64,000 nt of DNA from a virus. The notes beneath the pieces were generated by a model. It saw nothing but the letters and a program-made list of their open reading frames with translations. It was not told where the DNA came from and ran no database searches. How positions within the stretch are numbered: the stretch's first letter is position 1; every line of letters begins with the position of its first letter. The DNA lies in the IMG/VR virus record IMGVR_UViG_3300035182_000466, positions 1 through 64,000 of that record; one strand, given 5' to 3'. This document shows positions 50,814 to 60,346 of this stretch, piece after piece. The translations under genes and the position numbers were made by a program.

Positions 50814-52550
50814 ATGGCTGTAGTAAAATTAAAGAGGTCTTCAGTTCCTAATAAAGCACCATTAACAACAGATCTAGAATTAGGTGAATTAGCTATTAAC
50901 ACGTATGATGGTAGAGTATATGTAAAAAAGAATAATGGAGCCGAGTCTATTATAGAACTTGGAACCGATGCAACAAGACTAATACAAGATTCTAGTCATA
51001 GACTTGTTACAGATTTGCAGATAGCAGCGTGGGAAGAAAAGCAAGATGGATTAAATTCTACTGTAGATATTGCATTTAAAGACGCGGTAGTATATGGAAC
51101 AATAATTCCGGATCAATCTAATGCAAGAAATATAGGTAGCGAAACTAACAGGTTTAAAGAAGCTTGGATTGATACCTTACATATCGCTAGTAATACATTA
51201 TACTTAGGAGAAACATCTGTTTTAGGGACTGATACTCTAGGCATAAATCTTCAAGGTAATTTAGATCAAAATGTAATTGTTAAAGCTAACGGTTCAGGTA
51301 TAGCAAAATTACTTTCTTCAGCTGGTTCTGAAGTTATTGCTACTGGTTCAAACGCAGATGCAAAACTTCAAGCAACAGGAACTGGCGGTCGAGTTGTTTT
51401 AGGTTCAAATACTGAGATACAATTAACTGCACCAGATATTACTATTAATGGTAATATCGGATTAATAGGTAATCAACAAGTACAGAATTTAACTGTTACT
51501 GGAATATTTACTGTTTCTGGAACAACTACTTCAGTAAACTCTACTAATATGGACATAAAGGACAACATAGTCCTTTTAAACTCAGGTGAAGCAAACTCAG
51601 GTGTAAGTCTTGGAACTGCAGGATTAAGAATAGATAGAGGACAGCTTGTTGATGAGTTGCTAGTTTTTGATGAGTCTTCTCAAAAATGGAAAACAGGTCC
51701 ATATGGTGGAACCTTAAATAATATAGCTACTGAGAGTTATGTAGACTCAGGACTGTCTAAAATAGTTCAAGCTCCTGTTATAAAAGATGAAAACGTAGCA
51801 TTAACTCATAGATCAAATTTAAATTTTACTGGTTCTAGTGTTACAGTTGTTGATGATGAAGCATCAGATACTTTAAATGTAAGTATTTCCGGTGGAAATG
51901 TATCTATTAATTTAGATTATGAATCTCAATTTTCTCAGTTTGTAGTTCCTACTTCATCTATCACTACAGTGTATACTGCTTCAACTGCTAAGAAACAACT
52001 TAAAGATATAATGATTTGCAATCAGTCCTCAACTACTTCATCTTTTATCGATCTTGCTTTAGTTTTGAATGGTGAGACTTTAAGTGCTAAAAACTATATT
52101 CTAAAGTCTTATGAAGTTAAACCTAATGAAACTCTACATATATCTTGTAAGACAATACTTCCAATTAATAGTACCATTCAGATGTTATCCACGCAGTCTA
52201 CTTCTTGTTGTATAAATGGTAACGTGGGTAGTAACTTAGAAAATACTACATTTTTAGCTCAAGATAATTTAACTACTTCAATGGCTTCTATTTTTACCGC
52301 AAGTCAAAAAACTTTAGCTAAAGAGATTATTCTTTGTAATAATACAGCTAATGCTGTAACAGTAGATATAGCTGTAGTTCAATCTGGTGATTCCTTAGGA
52401 ACGAAGAACTATATCTTCAAGTCACTTGAAGTACTTGCTAACGATACTAAGTATATTAGTACATCATTAATGATTGGAATAAACGGTAGTATTTATATGA
52501 GTGCATCTTCAGCCAATTCAATTAGTACAACTATCTCTGGCATTATATAA
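50814..52550 (+). CDS. Fibre protein with Mtd_N-like N-terminus and duplicated C-terminal domain
   Basis: VKLKRS...GELAINTYDGRVY; two tandem KxIxxCN...KNYI domains. Confidence 0.8.
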   Translation: MAVVKLKRSSVPNKAPLTTDLELGELAINTYDGRVYVKKNNGAESIIELGTDATRLIQDSSHRLVTDLQIAAWEEKQDGLNSTVDIAFKDAVVYGTIIPDQSNARNIGSETNRFKEAWIDTLHIASNTLYLGETSVLGTDTLGINLQGNLDQNVIVKANGSGIAKLLSSAGSEVIATGSNADAKLQATGTGGRVVLGSNTEIQLTAPDITINGNIGLIGNQQVQNLTVTGIFTVSGTTTSVNSTNMDIKDNIVLLNSGEANSGVSLGTAGLRIDRGQLVDELLVFDESSQKWKTGPYGGTLNNIATESYVDSGLSKIVQAPVIKDENVALTHRSNLNFTGSSVTVVDDEASDTLNVSISGGNVSINLDYESQFSQFVVPTSSITTVYTASTAKKQLKDIMICNQSSTTSSFIDLALVLNGETLSAKNYILKSYEVKPNETLHISCKTILPINSTIQMLSTQSTSCCINGNVGSNLENTTFLAQDNLTTSMASIFTASQKTLAKEIILCNNTANAVTVDIAVVQSGDSLGTKNYIFKSLEVLANDTKYISTSLMIGINGSIYMSASSANSISTTISGII

Positions 52551-52610
52551 TTTTTATTATTGTTATGAGATGACTACACATGAAGTATATTACGTGTTAA
52601 AGGAGAAAAC

Positions 52611-53243
52611 ATGAGACTTAAATTTCGTAGAGGTAATTCTGCAAATCTTCCACAAGCAGCTGATTCTGGAGAACTGTTACTAGCTTTAGACACAAAGGAC
52701 ATATATCTTGGTAATGGAGATGGTTTTCCTTTATCTAAGATGACTGGTAAACCTCATGCAGATAGACACATTACTGGTGATGACGTAATACCAGTAGCTA
52801 CTACGTCTGAAGCAGGGCTTATGAGTTCAGCAGATAAGTCTAAACTAGATGGTATTGATGGGTCTGCTACTGTTTATGAGTTCGGGACAGGGACAACTAA
52901 GTCTTATGTAATAGCTACAGGTCAAGGAGTAACTTTAACTAAATCAACTAACTCAGCTGTTTTAAACGCTCCTGCCGGTGTAAGAATACTTGGAACTAGT
53001 ATTCACTTTGAGTCATCTGAAATCTCTGCCACTTCTATTACGATAGACTATACAAATTGTGGACTTGCACCTAACTCAAGCTATTCAAACATCTATGTAC
53101 CTCAGTTTCAAGTATGGCAAGATATATCTGGTAATAGAGCTTTTAAAACAGCTGTTGCAGGTCATTTAAATGCTGGAGCAGGTATATTAACCTTGACAAA
53201 CTTGACTGCAAGTCAAGCTATATGGATCAATATGTCATTCTAG
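52611..53243 (+). CDS. Short fibre protein sharing the C-terminal domain of the collagen protein
   Basis: LKFRRG...GELLLALDT; GLMSSADKSKLDGI; YEFGTGT...AIWINMSF. Confidence 0.8.
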   Translation: MRLKFRRGNSANLPQAADSGELLLALDTKDIYLGNGDGFPLSKMTGKPHADRHITGDDVIPVATTSEAGLMSSADKSKLDGIDGSATVYEFGTGTTKSYVIATGQGVTLTKSTNSAVLNAPAGVRILGTSIHFESSEISATSITIDYTNCGLAPNSSYSNIYVPQFQVWQDISGNRAFKTAVAGHLNAGAGILTLTNLTASQAIWINMSF

Positions 53244-53264
53244 AGAAAATAAAGGTACACTTAT

Positions 53265-54674
53265 ATGGCCATGTTTAATGGACGATTAAATATTCAAAGC
53301 TACGAATTAATAGACATAGGTAAATTTAATTTAGTAGCTAATTTATCCGATAATTTTGGTATTTTTTATGCTACAGATGCTACTATCGGAAATATAATCT
53401 ATATTGATGCTTCCGGTTTTGGTTTAGGTATATTAAGATACAAAGTAATTGATATTGATTCAGTTAAAACCGATTTTGGCCTTTTATATTGCACTATACA
53501 ATGGGATCTTAGTACTGAGCCAGTCAAGCCAATTTCTGGAACAGATTGCTTTATAGGCTATAATGGACCTGGAGGAACAACTATACCTAGTTATGCAGCT
53601 CAAAGTTTTACAGAAGGTTTTATTTCACTAGTAATAAATATGGAAGCAGATATAATTGCTCGTCAAGAGGCAGCTCTTAAAGCTTCGGCTAGTCGTGATA
53701 TAGACGCAGAATCTACTGCACGCCAAGCTGCCGATGCTGTATTACAATCAAATATTGATGCTGAAACCATCGCACGTCAAACTGCCGATACTACACTTAC
53801 CTCAGGCTTAGCTGCTGAAGTAACTGCTCGTACTTCAGCAATAGTTAGTGTACAAGCTGCTATTAACGCTGAAGTTACAGCTCGTCAAACTGCTATTACA
53901 AACTTAATAAATGGAGCACCTAAAGCTCTCGATACACTTAAAGAAATTGCAGATATGATAGAAGCAGGTTCTACAGAAGCAACTGTTATCATTGCTTCTG
54001 TAACTGCCGAAACTACGAACCGTCAAGCTGCCGATGCTGTATTACAATCAAATATTGACGCAGAAGTAACAGCACGTAAAGCGGCTATTGATACTGAAGT
54101 TACTACAAGAGCTGCTGCCGATTCTGCTTTACAGACTGCTTTAGACGCAGAAGTAACTGCCAGACAAGATGCAATTATAGCACTTCAAGCTACTGCAAGA
54201 GCTGCTGCTGATGCATTATTACAAGCTGCCATTAACGCTGAAGCTACAGCTCGTACTTCTGCCGATGCTGTATTACAATCAAATATTGACGCAGAAGTAA
54301 TAGCACGTAAAGTTGCTGATGCTGCCTTCACAGGATCTTTAGGTGTTGAGCGTACTAGTAATGATTTCCATATTAAATTAGCTGCAAATTCTAAGCTTAC
54401 TACTACCGTTGATGGTTTAGCCATAGATAGTAGTGTAATGGCAATAGATCGTATGAAGTTCCGTGAGCCTGCAAATGGCAATTGTGATGGTATTAATACT
54501 ATCTTTACTTTAGGCTCTACACCAGTAGAAGATACTGAGCATGTATTCGTCAACGGTATTTTAAACGAGCCCGGTGTCGATAATGATTATACTATCTCTG
54601 GTGCTACTATTACTTTTAACACTGCTCCTTCATCAACTTCTCGTGTACGTGTTAGCTATGTATCCGTAGTATAA
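53265..54674 (+). CDS. Fibre protein with coiled-coil repeats
   Basis: AExTARxAAD repeats; GAPKALDTLKEIA motif; C-terminal DGINTIFTL...VFVNGIL...DYTISG. Confidence 0.8.
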   Translation: MAMFNGRLNIQSYELIDIGKFNLVANLSDNFGIFYATDATIGNIIYIDASGFGLGILRYKVIDIDSVKTDFGLLYCTIQWDLSTEPVKPISGTDCFIGYNGPGGTTIPSYAAQSFTEGFISLVINMEADIIARQEAALKASASRDIDAESTARQAADAVLQSNIDAETIARQTADTTLTSGLAAEVTARTSAIVSVQAAINAEVTARQTAITNLINGAPKALDTLKEIADMIEAGSTEATVIIASVTAETTNRQAADAVLQSNIDAEVTARKAAIDTEVTTRAAADSALQTALDAEVTARQDAIIALQATARAAADALLQAAINAEATARTSADAVLQSNIDAEVIARKVADAAFTGSLGVERTSNDFHIKLAANSKLTTTVDGLAIDSSVMAIDRMKFREPANGNCDGINTIFTLGSTPVEDTEHVFVNGILNEPGVDNDYTISGATITFNTAPSSTSRVRVSYVSVV

Positions 54675-54737
54675 TAATAGATTTATAAGTAAGGGAGATG
54701 CCTTAACATGGCTCCATTATTTATAAAAGGAGAAAAA

Positions 54738-56267
54738 ATGAGAGAAGCGAGTAAGGCAATGAGTCGCCGAAGTGAGAGTGGGGAGTATACTGAGTATTTT
54801 AAAGGTAACGGAATTGATATTGGGTGTGGCAATGATAATATCATACAACACTCTAATAAATTTCCTAATATGCTATCCTGTATTGGATATGATCTACACC
54901 AAGGTGATGCTGAATTTTGTAGGAATATTATAGATCAATCATTTGATTTTTTACATGCTTCACATTGTTTAGAGCATTTAAAGAATCCAGAACGAGGCTT
55001 AAAGAACTGGATACGGATAGTTAAAACTGGTGGGTACTTAATAATAACTGTTCCTGATGAACAACTGTATGAAAAAGGTCACTGGCCGTCTATCTTCAAT
55101 TCACAACATCTATGGTCATTTAGATTTGGTAGATACAATGAACGAGTGTCTTCTATTGATGCTCTTACTTGGTTTGACAACTTTTTAGACGTTAAAGTAG
55201 TTTCTATAAAAAGAATAACAGATAATTATTATGATACTGAAGATGATCTAACCAAAAGGGAAGACATAAGTGTTGAGTGTGCTATAGAGATAGTATTGCA
55301 AAAAGTTGGTCATACTTATAAGCCTATTGCTAACTGGAGCCTAAATGGATTTTGCTTTATGTTAAATAGCCTGGCAATGGGGGATGTTATTGCAGCAGCA
55401 CCTGTTGTTAAATATATGATAGACACTTATTATACAGAACCTGACTCTTATTTAGTAGTAGCTAAAGAAATGTTTAGATCTATCTTTTGGTTTGTACCAG
55501 ATTCAAACTATCACAACTTTGAAGATAAAGCTAATGATTGGGGTATTCCAAAAGGCTGGGCAATAGGTGTGTTAAACCAGAAGAAAGAGCAAGGCACAGG
55601 TATAACTCGTAACACTCCAAAAGCTATACACTTATCACAATTTGCAGCAATGAAGATTTGTGATAAACTTTTAGATTTTGATAAACTTAATTATGTACCT
55701 TTACCTGAAGTAGATATAAGTCATTTTAATACTGATTTCAGTAATGCTGTTATTATAGTGTCAAGTTATCGGGATGAAACAAGGATGTGGAAGTCCGAAT
55801 ACATTTTAGAGGTAGCTGAATGGTTGAAGGAAAGAGGGTATCTTCCAGTATTCATTGGTAAAACTGATATGAATATGGATACACATTTAATTCCAAAAAC
55901 TTCATTGCCTTTAGATGTATCTGAATACGGACTGGATTTAAGAAATAAAACTTCTATACCTGAGCTAGCTTCTATAATGGCAAAAAGTAAAGCTGTAATT
56001 GGTTTAGACAGTGGTCCTATTCATCTAGCAGGTACAACTTGTACACCTATTGTTTGCGGATATACTTCTGTAGACCCTAAGTATAGAATACCTATTAGAT
56101 CAAAAGGAAATACATATACAGTATCATCCGATGTTCCCTGTAATTACTGTGAGTCTAATTGGGCTTCAAGTTTCTGGAATTATGAAAACTGCTATTTAGG
56201 AACTAATGAATGCTGTAATAAAATGACCGCAAATAGATTCATTGAAAAATTAGATATATTCTTATAA
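54738..56267 (+). CDS. SAM methyltransferase fused to GT9 (heptosyltransferase-like) glycosyltransferase
   Basis: GIDIGCG and FDFLHASHCLEH; AMGDVIAAAP and DLRNKTSIPELASIMAKSKAVIGLDSGPIHLAG. ATG 54738 follows AAAGGAG. Confidence 0.85.
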   Translation: MREASKAMSRRSESGEYTEYFKGNGIDIGCGNDNIIQHSNKFPNMLSCIGYDLHQGDAEFCRNIIDQSFDFLHASHCLEHLKNPERGLKNWIRIVKTGGYLIITVPDEQLYEKGHWPSIFNSQHLWSFRFGRYNERVSSIDALTWFDNFLDVKVVSIKRITDNYYDTEDDLTKREDISVECAIEIVLQKVGHTYKPIANWSLNGFCFMLNSLAMGDVIAAAPVVKYMIDTYYTEPDSYLVVAKEMFRSIFWFVPDSNYHNFEDKANDWGIPKGWAIGVLNQKKEQGTGITRNTPKAIHLSQFAAMKICDKLLDFDKLNYVPLPEVDISHFNTDFSNAVIIVSSYRDETRMWKSEYILEVAEWLKERGYLPVFIGKTDMNMDTHLIPKTSLPLDVSEYGLDLRNKTSIPELASIMAKSKAVIGLDSGPIHLAGTTCTPIVCGYTSVDPKYRIPIRSKGNTYTVSSDVPCNYCESNWASSFWNYENCYLGTNECCNKMTANRFIEKLDIFL

Positions 56268-56312
56268 TAATAAGAAAGGATACTAGGTATTATATAGTAA
56301 AGTAAATGGCTT

Positions 56313-56355
56313 CTTCAGTCACTCTGAATATCCTAAGTACTCAGAGTGACTGAAG
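56313..56355. terminator. Long intergenic inverted repeat
   Basis: 15-bp perfect stem CTTCAGTCACTCTGA/TCAGAGTGACTGAAG; no U-tract. Confidence 0.5.
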
Positions 56356-56409
56356 TGCGCTCCTATTTATCTCTATCTATAAAAATATCTTAGAACTGGA
56401 GTCTATTCT

Positions 56410-56925
56410 ATGCAGAATTTAATTCTTAAACCTTTTGATATTGTAGCTGTAGATGGACAAAAGTATGTTCCTTACCATTGGCTAATTCAATGGAGAGGAT
56501 TAGATAAAGTAGTTCATTGTTTTCCTATTACTAAGGTACATGAAGATCCATTATTAACTGAAATTTGTGATATAGAATGCTCTGGATTAAAAAACTCTAA
56601 GCTATCTGAGTATATTGGAAGAAACATAAAAATATATAGATACAAATATGAACTTGATTATGAAAAATTATATAAATGGTTATACAGAACACAAACTACT
56701 AGCAAAGGTTATGACTTTATACAACAATATTTATTAGGTTTCATTCTTGGAATAGTAAATAAAAAATATGTGGATGATGATACTAGATGGACCTGTAGTG
56801 AATTATGTTATTGGCTATTTCAAGATAACCAGTATATACTTACTTCAAAAGAAGAAGTATTACCTATGCCAAGGCTCTTTGTTTACAGTAATGAATTTGT
56901 GAAAGTATACGAAGGCACACTATAA
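56410..56925 (+). CDS. Permuted papain-like NlpC/P60 (YiiX/YebB-like) enzyme
   Basis: N-terminal His (KVVHC), GYDF, and C-terminal WTCSELC. Confidence 0.7.
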   Translation: MQNLILKPFDIVAVDGQKYVPYHWLIQWRGLDKVVHCFPITKVHEDPLLTEICDIECSGLKNSKLSEYIGRNIKIYRYKYELDYEKLYKWLYRTQTTSKGYDFIQQYLLGFILGIVNKKYVDDDTRWTCSELCYWLFQDNQYILTSKEEVLPMPRLFVYSNEFVKVYEGTL

Positions 56926-56983
56926 TTACATAATTTATTTATATTATTATTATGATGATGGATATGAGTTACATGAGGTCAAA

Positions 56984-57349
56984 ATGAAAACCTATATACA
57001 TGGTAGTCAAATTTTAGATAAAACTATAGCAAAGGCATACATTGATACTATTACTCCAGGTAGTGCTTTAATAACTAAAGTGTTGCCAGGAGTAGGTGGT
57101 GTTACGCTTGAATCCTCAGGTATTGACGAAGGTACTGGAGATGTAACTATAAGTATCTCAGGATATGTTCATAATCAAATGTCTCCTTCCATTACTTGGA
57201 ATATATTTCATAACTTAGGTAAATTTCCTAGTGTATCTGTGGTAGATAGTGCAGGAACAATTGTATATGGTGATATAACTTATATAGATATAAATAATAT
57301 AAGCTTATCGTTTTCAGCCCCGTTTGCAGGTAAAGCGTACTTAAACTAA
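56984..57349 (+). CDS. Small fibre-associated protein
   Basis: WNIFHNLGKFPSVSVVD...FAGKAYLN motif typical of phage fibre modules. Confidence 0.7.
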   Translation: MKTYIHGSQILDKTIAKAYIDTITPGSALITKVLPGVGGVTLESSGIDEGTGDVTISISGYVHNQMSPSITWNIFHNLGKFPSVSVVDSAGTIVYGDITYIDINNISLSFSAPFAGKAYLN

Positions 57350-57361
57350 AGGAGAATTACA

Positions 57362-58780
57362 ATGCCAAAATTTTTAGCACCAGTAGATCTTAGTAGAAAT
57401 GAATTAAGAAACGCTGTAATTCAGAATCTAGCTTCTGCACCTAGTAGTCCAGTCGAGGGCCTAATTTATTTTGATACTGCTCAAAATAAGTTAGGCATTT
57501 ATTTAAGTGCAGCATGGCAGTATTTCGCTACTCTTTCAGAACTTTCGGAAAAAGCAAATTCTTCAGATGTATATACTAAGTCACAAATTGATACCTTTAT
57601 TTCCGGAGTTACTGGTGGAATGAATTATCAAGGTACTTGGAATGCAAACACTAACACTCCTACATTAGTTAGTGGTACCGGTACAAAAGGCTATTACTAT
57701 AAAGTGAGTTCTGCAGGCAATACAACTATTGATGGAAATAATAATTGGACAGCCGGAGATTTAATTGCGTATAATGGTACTACTTGGGATAAGATTGAAG
57801 GAGGAGCACCTGATGTTATTTCAGTAGCCGGTCGTATAGGTGCAGTTGTTTTAACTACTGCTGATGTTGCAGCTAGTCCTGATAAAAATTATGTTACAGA
57901 TGCACAAGCAACAGTAATTGGCAATACTTCTGGTACTAATACTGGTGATGAAACTACCGCTACTATCAAAACAAAATTGGGTATTACTACTCTTAGTGGT
58001 AGCAACACAGGTGATCAAACCATTACTCTTACAGGTGATGTTACCGGTACTGGTACAGGTTCATTTGCTACTACTATTGCAGCAGGTGCCGTAACCTTAG
58101 CTAAAATGGCAGATCTTGCCGCTAATTCTTTTATCGGTAACAATACTGGTTCTGCCACTACTCCTATTGCAATGACCGTTGCACAGGCAAAAACGTTGTT
58201 AGCAATAACAACATCTGATGTATCTGGTATCAATACAGTAGCAAAAGGTGGTACTGGTGTTGACACGTTGACTGGTTATGTAAAAGGTAATGGAACTAGT
58301 AACATGACTGCTAGTACAACAATTCCTATATCAGACTTAACTGGTACTCTTCCTGTAGCTAATGGTGGTACTGGTGCTACTACACTTACAGGATATTTAA
58401 AAGGCAATGGAACCTCAGCTGTAACCGCAGGAACTACAATTCCAGGTACAGATATTAGCGGGAATATCAGTGGTAATTCTGCAAACGTAACTGGAACAGT
58501 AGCTATAGCTAATGGTGGTACTGGAGCCACTACAGCAACAGCCGCACGTACTGCTTTAGGAGCTGTTGGTAAATATGCAGTGTCTATTGGTAACGGATCA
58601 TTAACTTCTTTTACCTTAGCACATTCATTAAATACTTTAGACGTAGCTGTAAGTATTTATGAAATATCTAGTGGTGCAAAAGTAGAAGTAGATATTAATC
58701 TAGTTGATGCTAACAACGTAACCGTAGCCTTTACTGTGGCTCCTACAACTAATCAGTATCGTGTAGTTATAGTAGGTTAA
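57362..58780 (+). CDS. Fibre protein (Thr/Gly-rich)
   Basis: YQGTWNANTNTP; repeated VANGGTGATT/KGNGTS; C-terminal HSLNT...YRVVIVG. Confidence 0.8.
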   Translation: MPKFLAPVDLSRNELRNAVIQNLASAPSSPVEGLIYFDTAQNKLGIYLSAAWQYFATLSELSEKANSSDVYTKSQIDTFISGVTGGMNYQGTWNANTNTPTLVSGTGTKGYYYKVSSAGNTTIDGNNNWTAGDLIAYNGTTWDKIEGGAPDVISVAGRIGAVVLTTADVAASPDKNYVTDAQATVIGNTSGTNTGDETTATIKTKLGITTLSGSNTGDQTITLTGDVTGTGTGSFATTIAAGAVTLAKMADLAANSFIGNNTGSATTPIAMTVAQAKTLLAITTSDVSGINTVAKGGTGVDTLTGYVKGNGTSNMTASTTIPISDLTGTLPVANGGTGATTLTGYLKGNGTSAVTAGTTIPGTDISGNISGNSANVTGTVAIANGGTGATTATAARTALGAVGKYAVSIGNGSLTSFTLAHSLNTLDVAVSIYEISSGAKVEVDINLVDANNVTVAFTVAPTTNQYRVVIVG

Positions 58781-58791
58781 AACTTTAAATG

Positions 58792-58826
58792 AGGAAGAGT
58801 ATCAGGGAGAAAGAGGTACTCTTCCT
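58792..58826 (+). terminator. Intergenic hairpin
   Basis: Stem AGGAAGAGTATC/GGTACTCTTCCT. Confidence 0.5.
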
Positions 58827-58841
58827 AATTAAGGATATAAA

Positions 58842-59318
58842 ATGGACGATAAACGGCAACGTACACTTAATGGTACACCTTATTCTATATCTGGTCATAA
58901 ACATGTTGTTTCAGATATAATTGATACAATAGCTCTTAGGGTTAAAAAGACAGCTAATCAAAGTATTAATGCAGCCACTAATACAAAAGTTATTTTCCCT
59001 GCGAAAGATTATGATATGGGTTCCTGTTGGGATACAACTTTAAGTAGATTTACTCCTCCTGCAAATCAGACTGTAGGTGTATATAGAGTAAGTTGTAGCT
59101 TAAAATTTGACTCAACAAAAGTAGCTAGGCTAATGATCTACATAAATGGATCTGAATATCAAAGACTTTGGGATAGTACGGTGTCTAATATCTGGATAGC
59201 AGGAACAACTGATATACAATTAAATACCAAAGACTATTTGGAAATATATGTATATACTTCTACTTCTGCTACAATATATGTAGCTAACTCAATATTAACT
59301 ATTTCTAGTATATTCTAA
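58842..59318 (+). CDS. C1q/TNF-like domain protein
   Basis: KVIF...WDTTLSRFTP...GVYRV...YING...IQLNTKDYLEIYVY. Confidence 0.7.
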   Translation: MDDKRQRTLNGTPYSISGHKHVVSDIIDTIALRVKKTANQSINAATNTKVIFPAKDYDMGSCWDTTLSRFTPPANQTVGVYRVSCSLKFDSTKVARLMIYINGSEYQRLWDSTVSNIWIAGTTDIQLNTKDYLEIYVYTSTSATIYVANSILTISSIF

Positions 59319-59346
59319 TAAAATGTACTAATAGATGGTAGAAAGA

Positions 59347-59570
59347 ATGGATGATAAAAACAGTAAACACTTAATGGTGTACCTTATTTTACAAATAATT
59401 CATCAACATGGATATATAACAAATTCTGAAATTTATCTCCTTTCATGAATGACAACACTGATGTACAGTTAGACGCTAGTGATTATTTAGAGATTTAGAT
59501 CTACTGTAGTACTTCTTCTACAATATCAAATAGTAGAGATATAAACTTCTGTATATCTAGACTATATTAG
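59347..59570 (+). pseudogene. Degenerate, internally deleted paralog of the C1q-like gene
   Basis: 5' ATGGATGATAAA...CACTTAATGGT..ACCTTATT matches the 58842 start; the 3' frame NTDVQLDASDYLEI*IYCSTSSTI aligns with TTDIQLNTKDYLEIYVYTSTSATI. Confidence 0.75.
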
Positions 59571-59581
59571 GGAGACATTAT

Positions 59582-60343
59582 ATGTCTATTGATTACTTAT
59601 CTTGTGCTAAAATTCTTTATCCAGGCTTAACTGATACTGACTTAGTATTATCTAGTTTAGATGGAGAAACAATAACAATAACTTATTGGAATACTTCTTT
59701 TGGACCAGCTCCAACTTTATCTTATTTAGAAACTGCATATTTATCTGTAGTTAAAAATAGTAAGTTAAAAGAGTTTTCTGACTTAGTAGACTTAGAACTT
59801 AAAGAAGGCTCATTTGGATATACTACTCAAGGACTATCTTCTAATTTTAAAATGAATAGCTCTAGAGGAGACTTAGACAACCTAAAGAATCTTAATGATT
59901 ATCTTTGTTCAGCCATTCTTAACGTAATAAATAGCTCTGAGTGTCCTCCTCCCGGTACTATGGTTCGTGATTCTAGCACTGGTGCAGCAGGAACAATAGA
60001 AGCTATGATTCAACTTGGTGGAGACTTAGAACAGGGAACAGGAATATGCAATCTTTATTTATCAAAATGTTATGGCGTTTTTGATACAGGTAGTTTACTC
60101 ATACATACTACAGATATTCAGTTTTGTGAAGTAAACTCTGTTGTTAAAGAGAATGAAGCTAGTACTAAGGTACGTGATTTTAACAACCAGTTTCATGTAG
60201 TATCTCTAGCTGAACTTAATGCTATTATCCTGGAGCTTCGTGCTTATGGATTATGGCTGTTTAAACAAAAATGGGCTAAAGAAGTAGAGATAAATATGGC
60301 TACGAGTGTAGAACAAGTAGAAGCTATAAACTTTTGGACCTAA
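59582..60343 (+). CDS. Tail-fibre assembly/chaperone-like protein (XkdW-like N, DUF4376-like C)
   Basis: ILYPG...ITYWN...APT at the start; VRDFNNQFH...MATSVEQVEAINF at the end. Confidence 0.6.
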   Translation: MSIDYLSCAKILYPGLTDTDLVLSSLDGETITITYWNTSFGPAPTLSYLETAYLSVVKNSKLKEFSDLVDLELKEGSFGYTTQGLSSNFKMNSSRGDLDNLKNLNDYLCSAILNVINSSECPPPGTMVRDSSTGAAGTIEAMIQLGGDLEQGTGICNLYLSKCYGVFDTGSLLIHTTDIQFCEVNSVVKENEASTKVRDFNNQFHVVSLAELNAIILELRAYGLWLFKQKWAKEVEINMATSVEQVEAINFWT

Positions 60344-60346
60344 CCT

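Noticed and set aside
58842-59570. Diversity-generating retroelement TR/VR pair
   Set aside because: Divergence is general, with indels, rather than adenine-specific, and there is no reverse transcriptase in the window.
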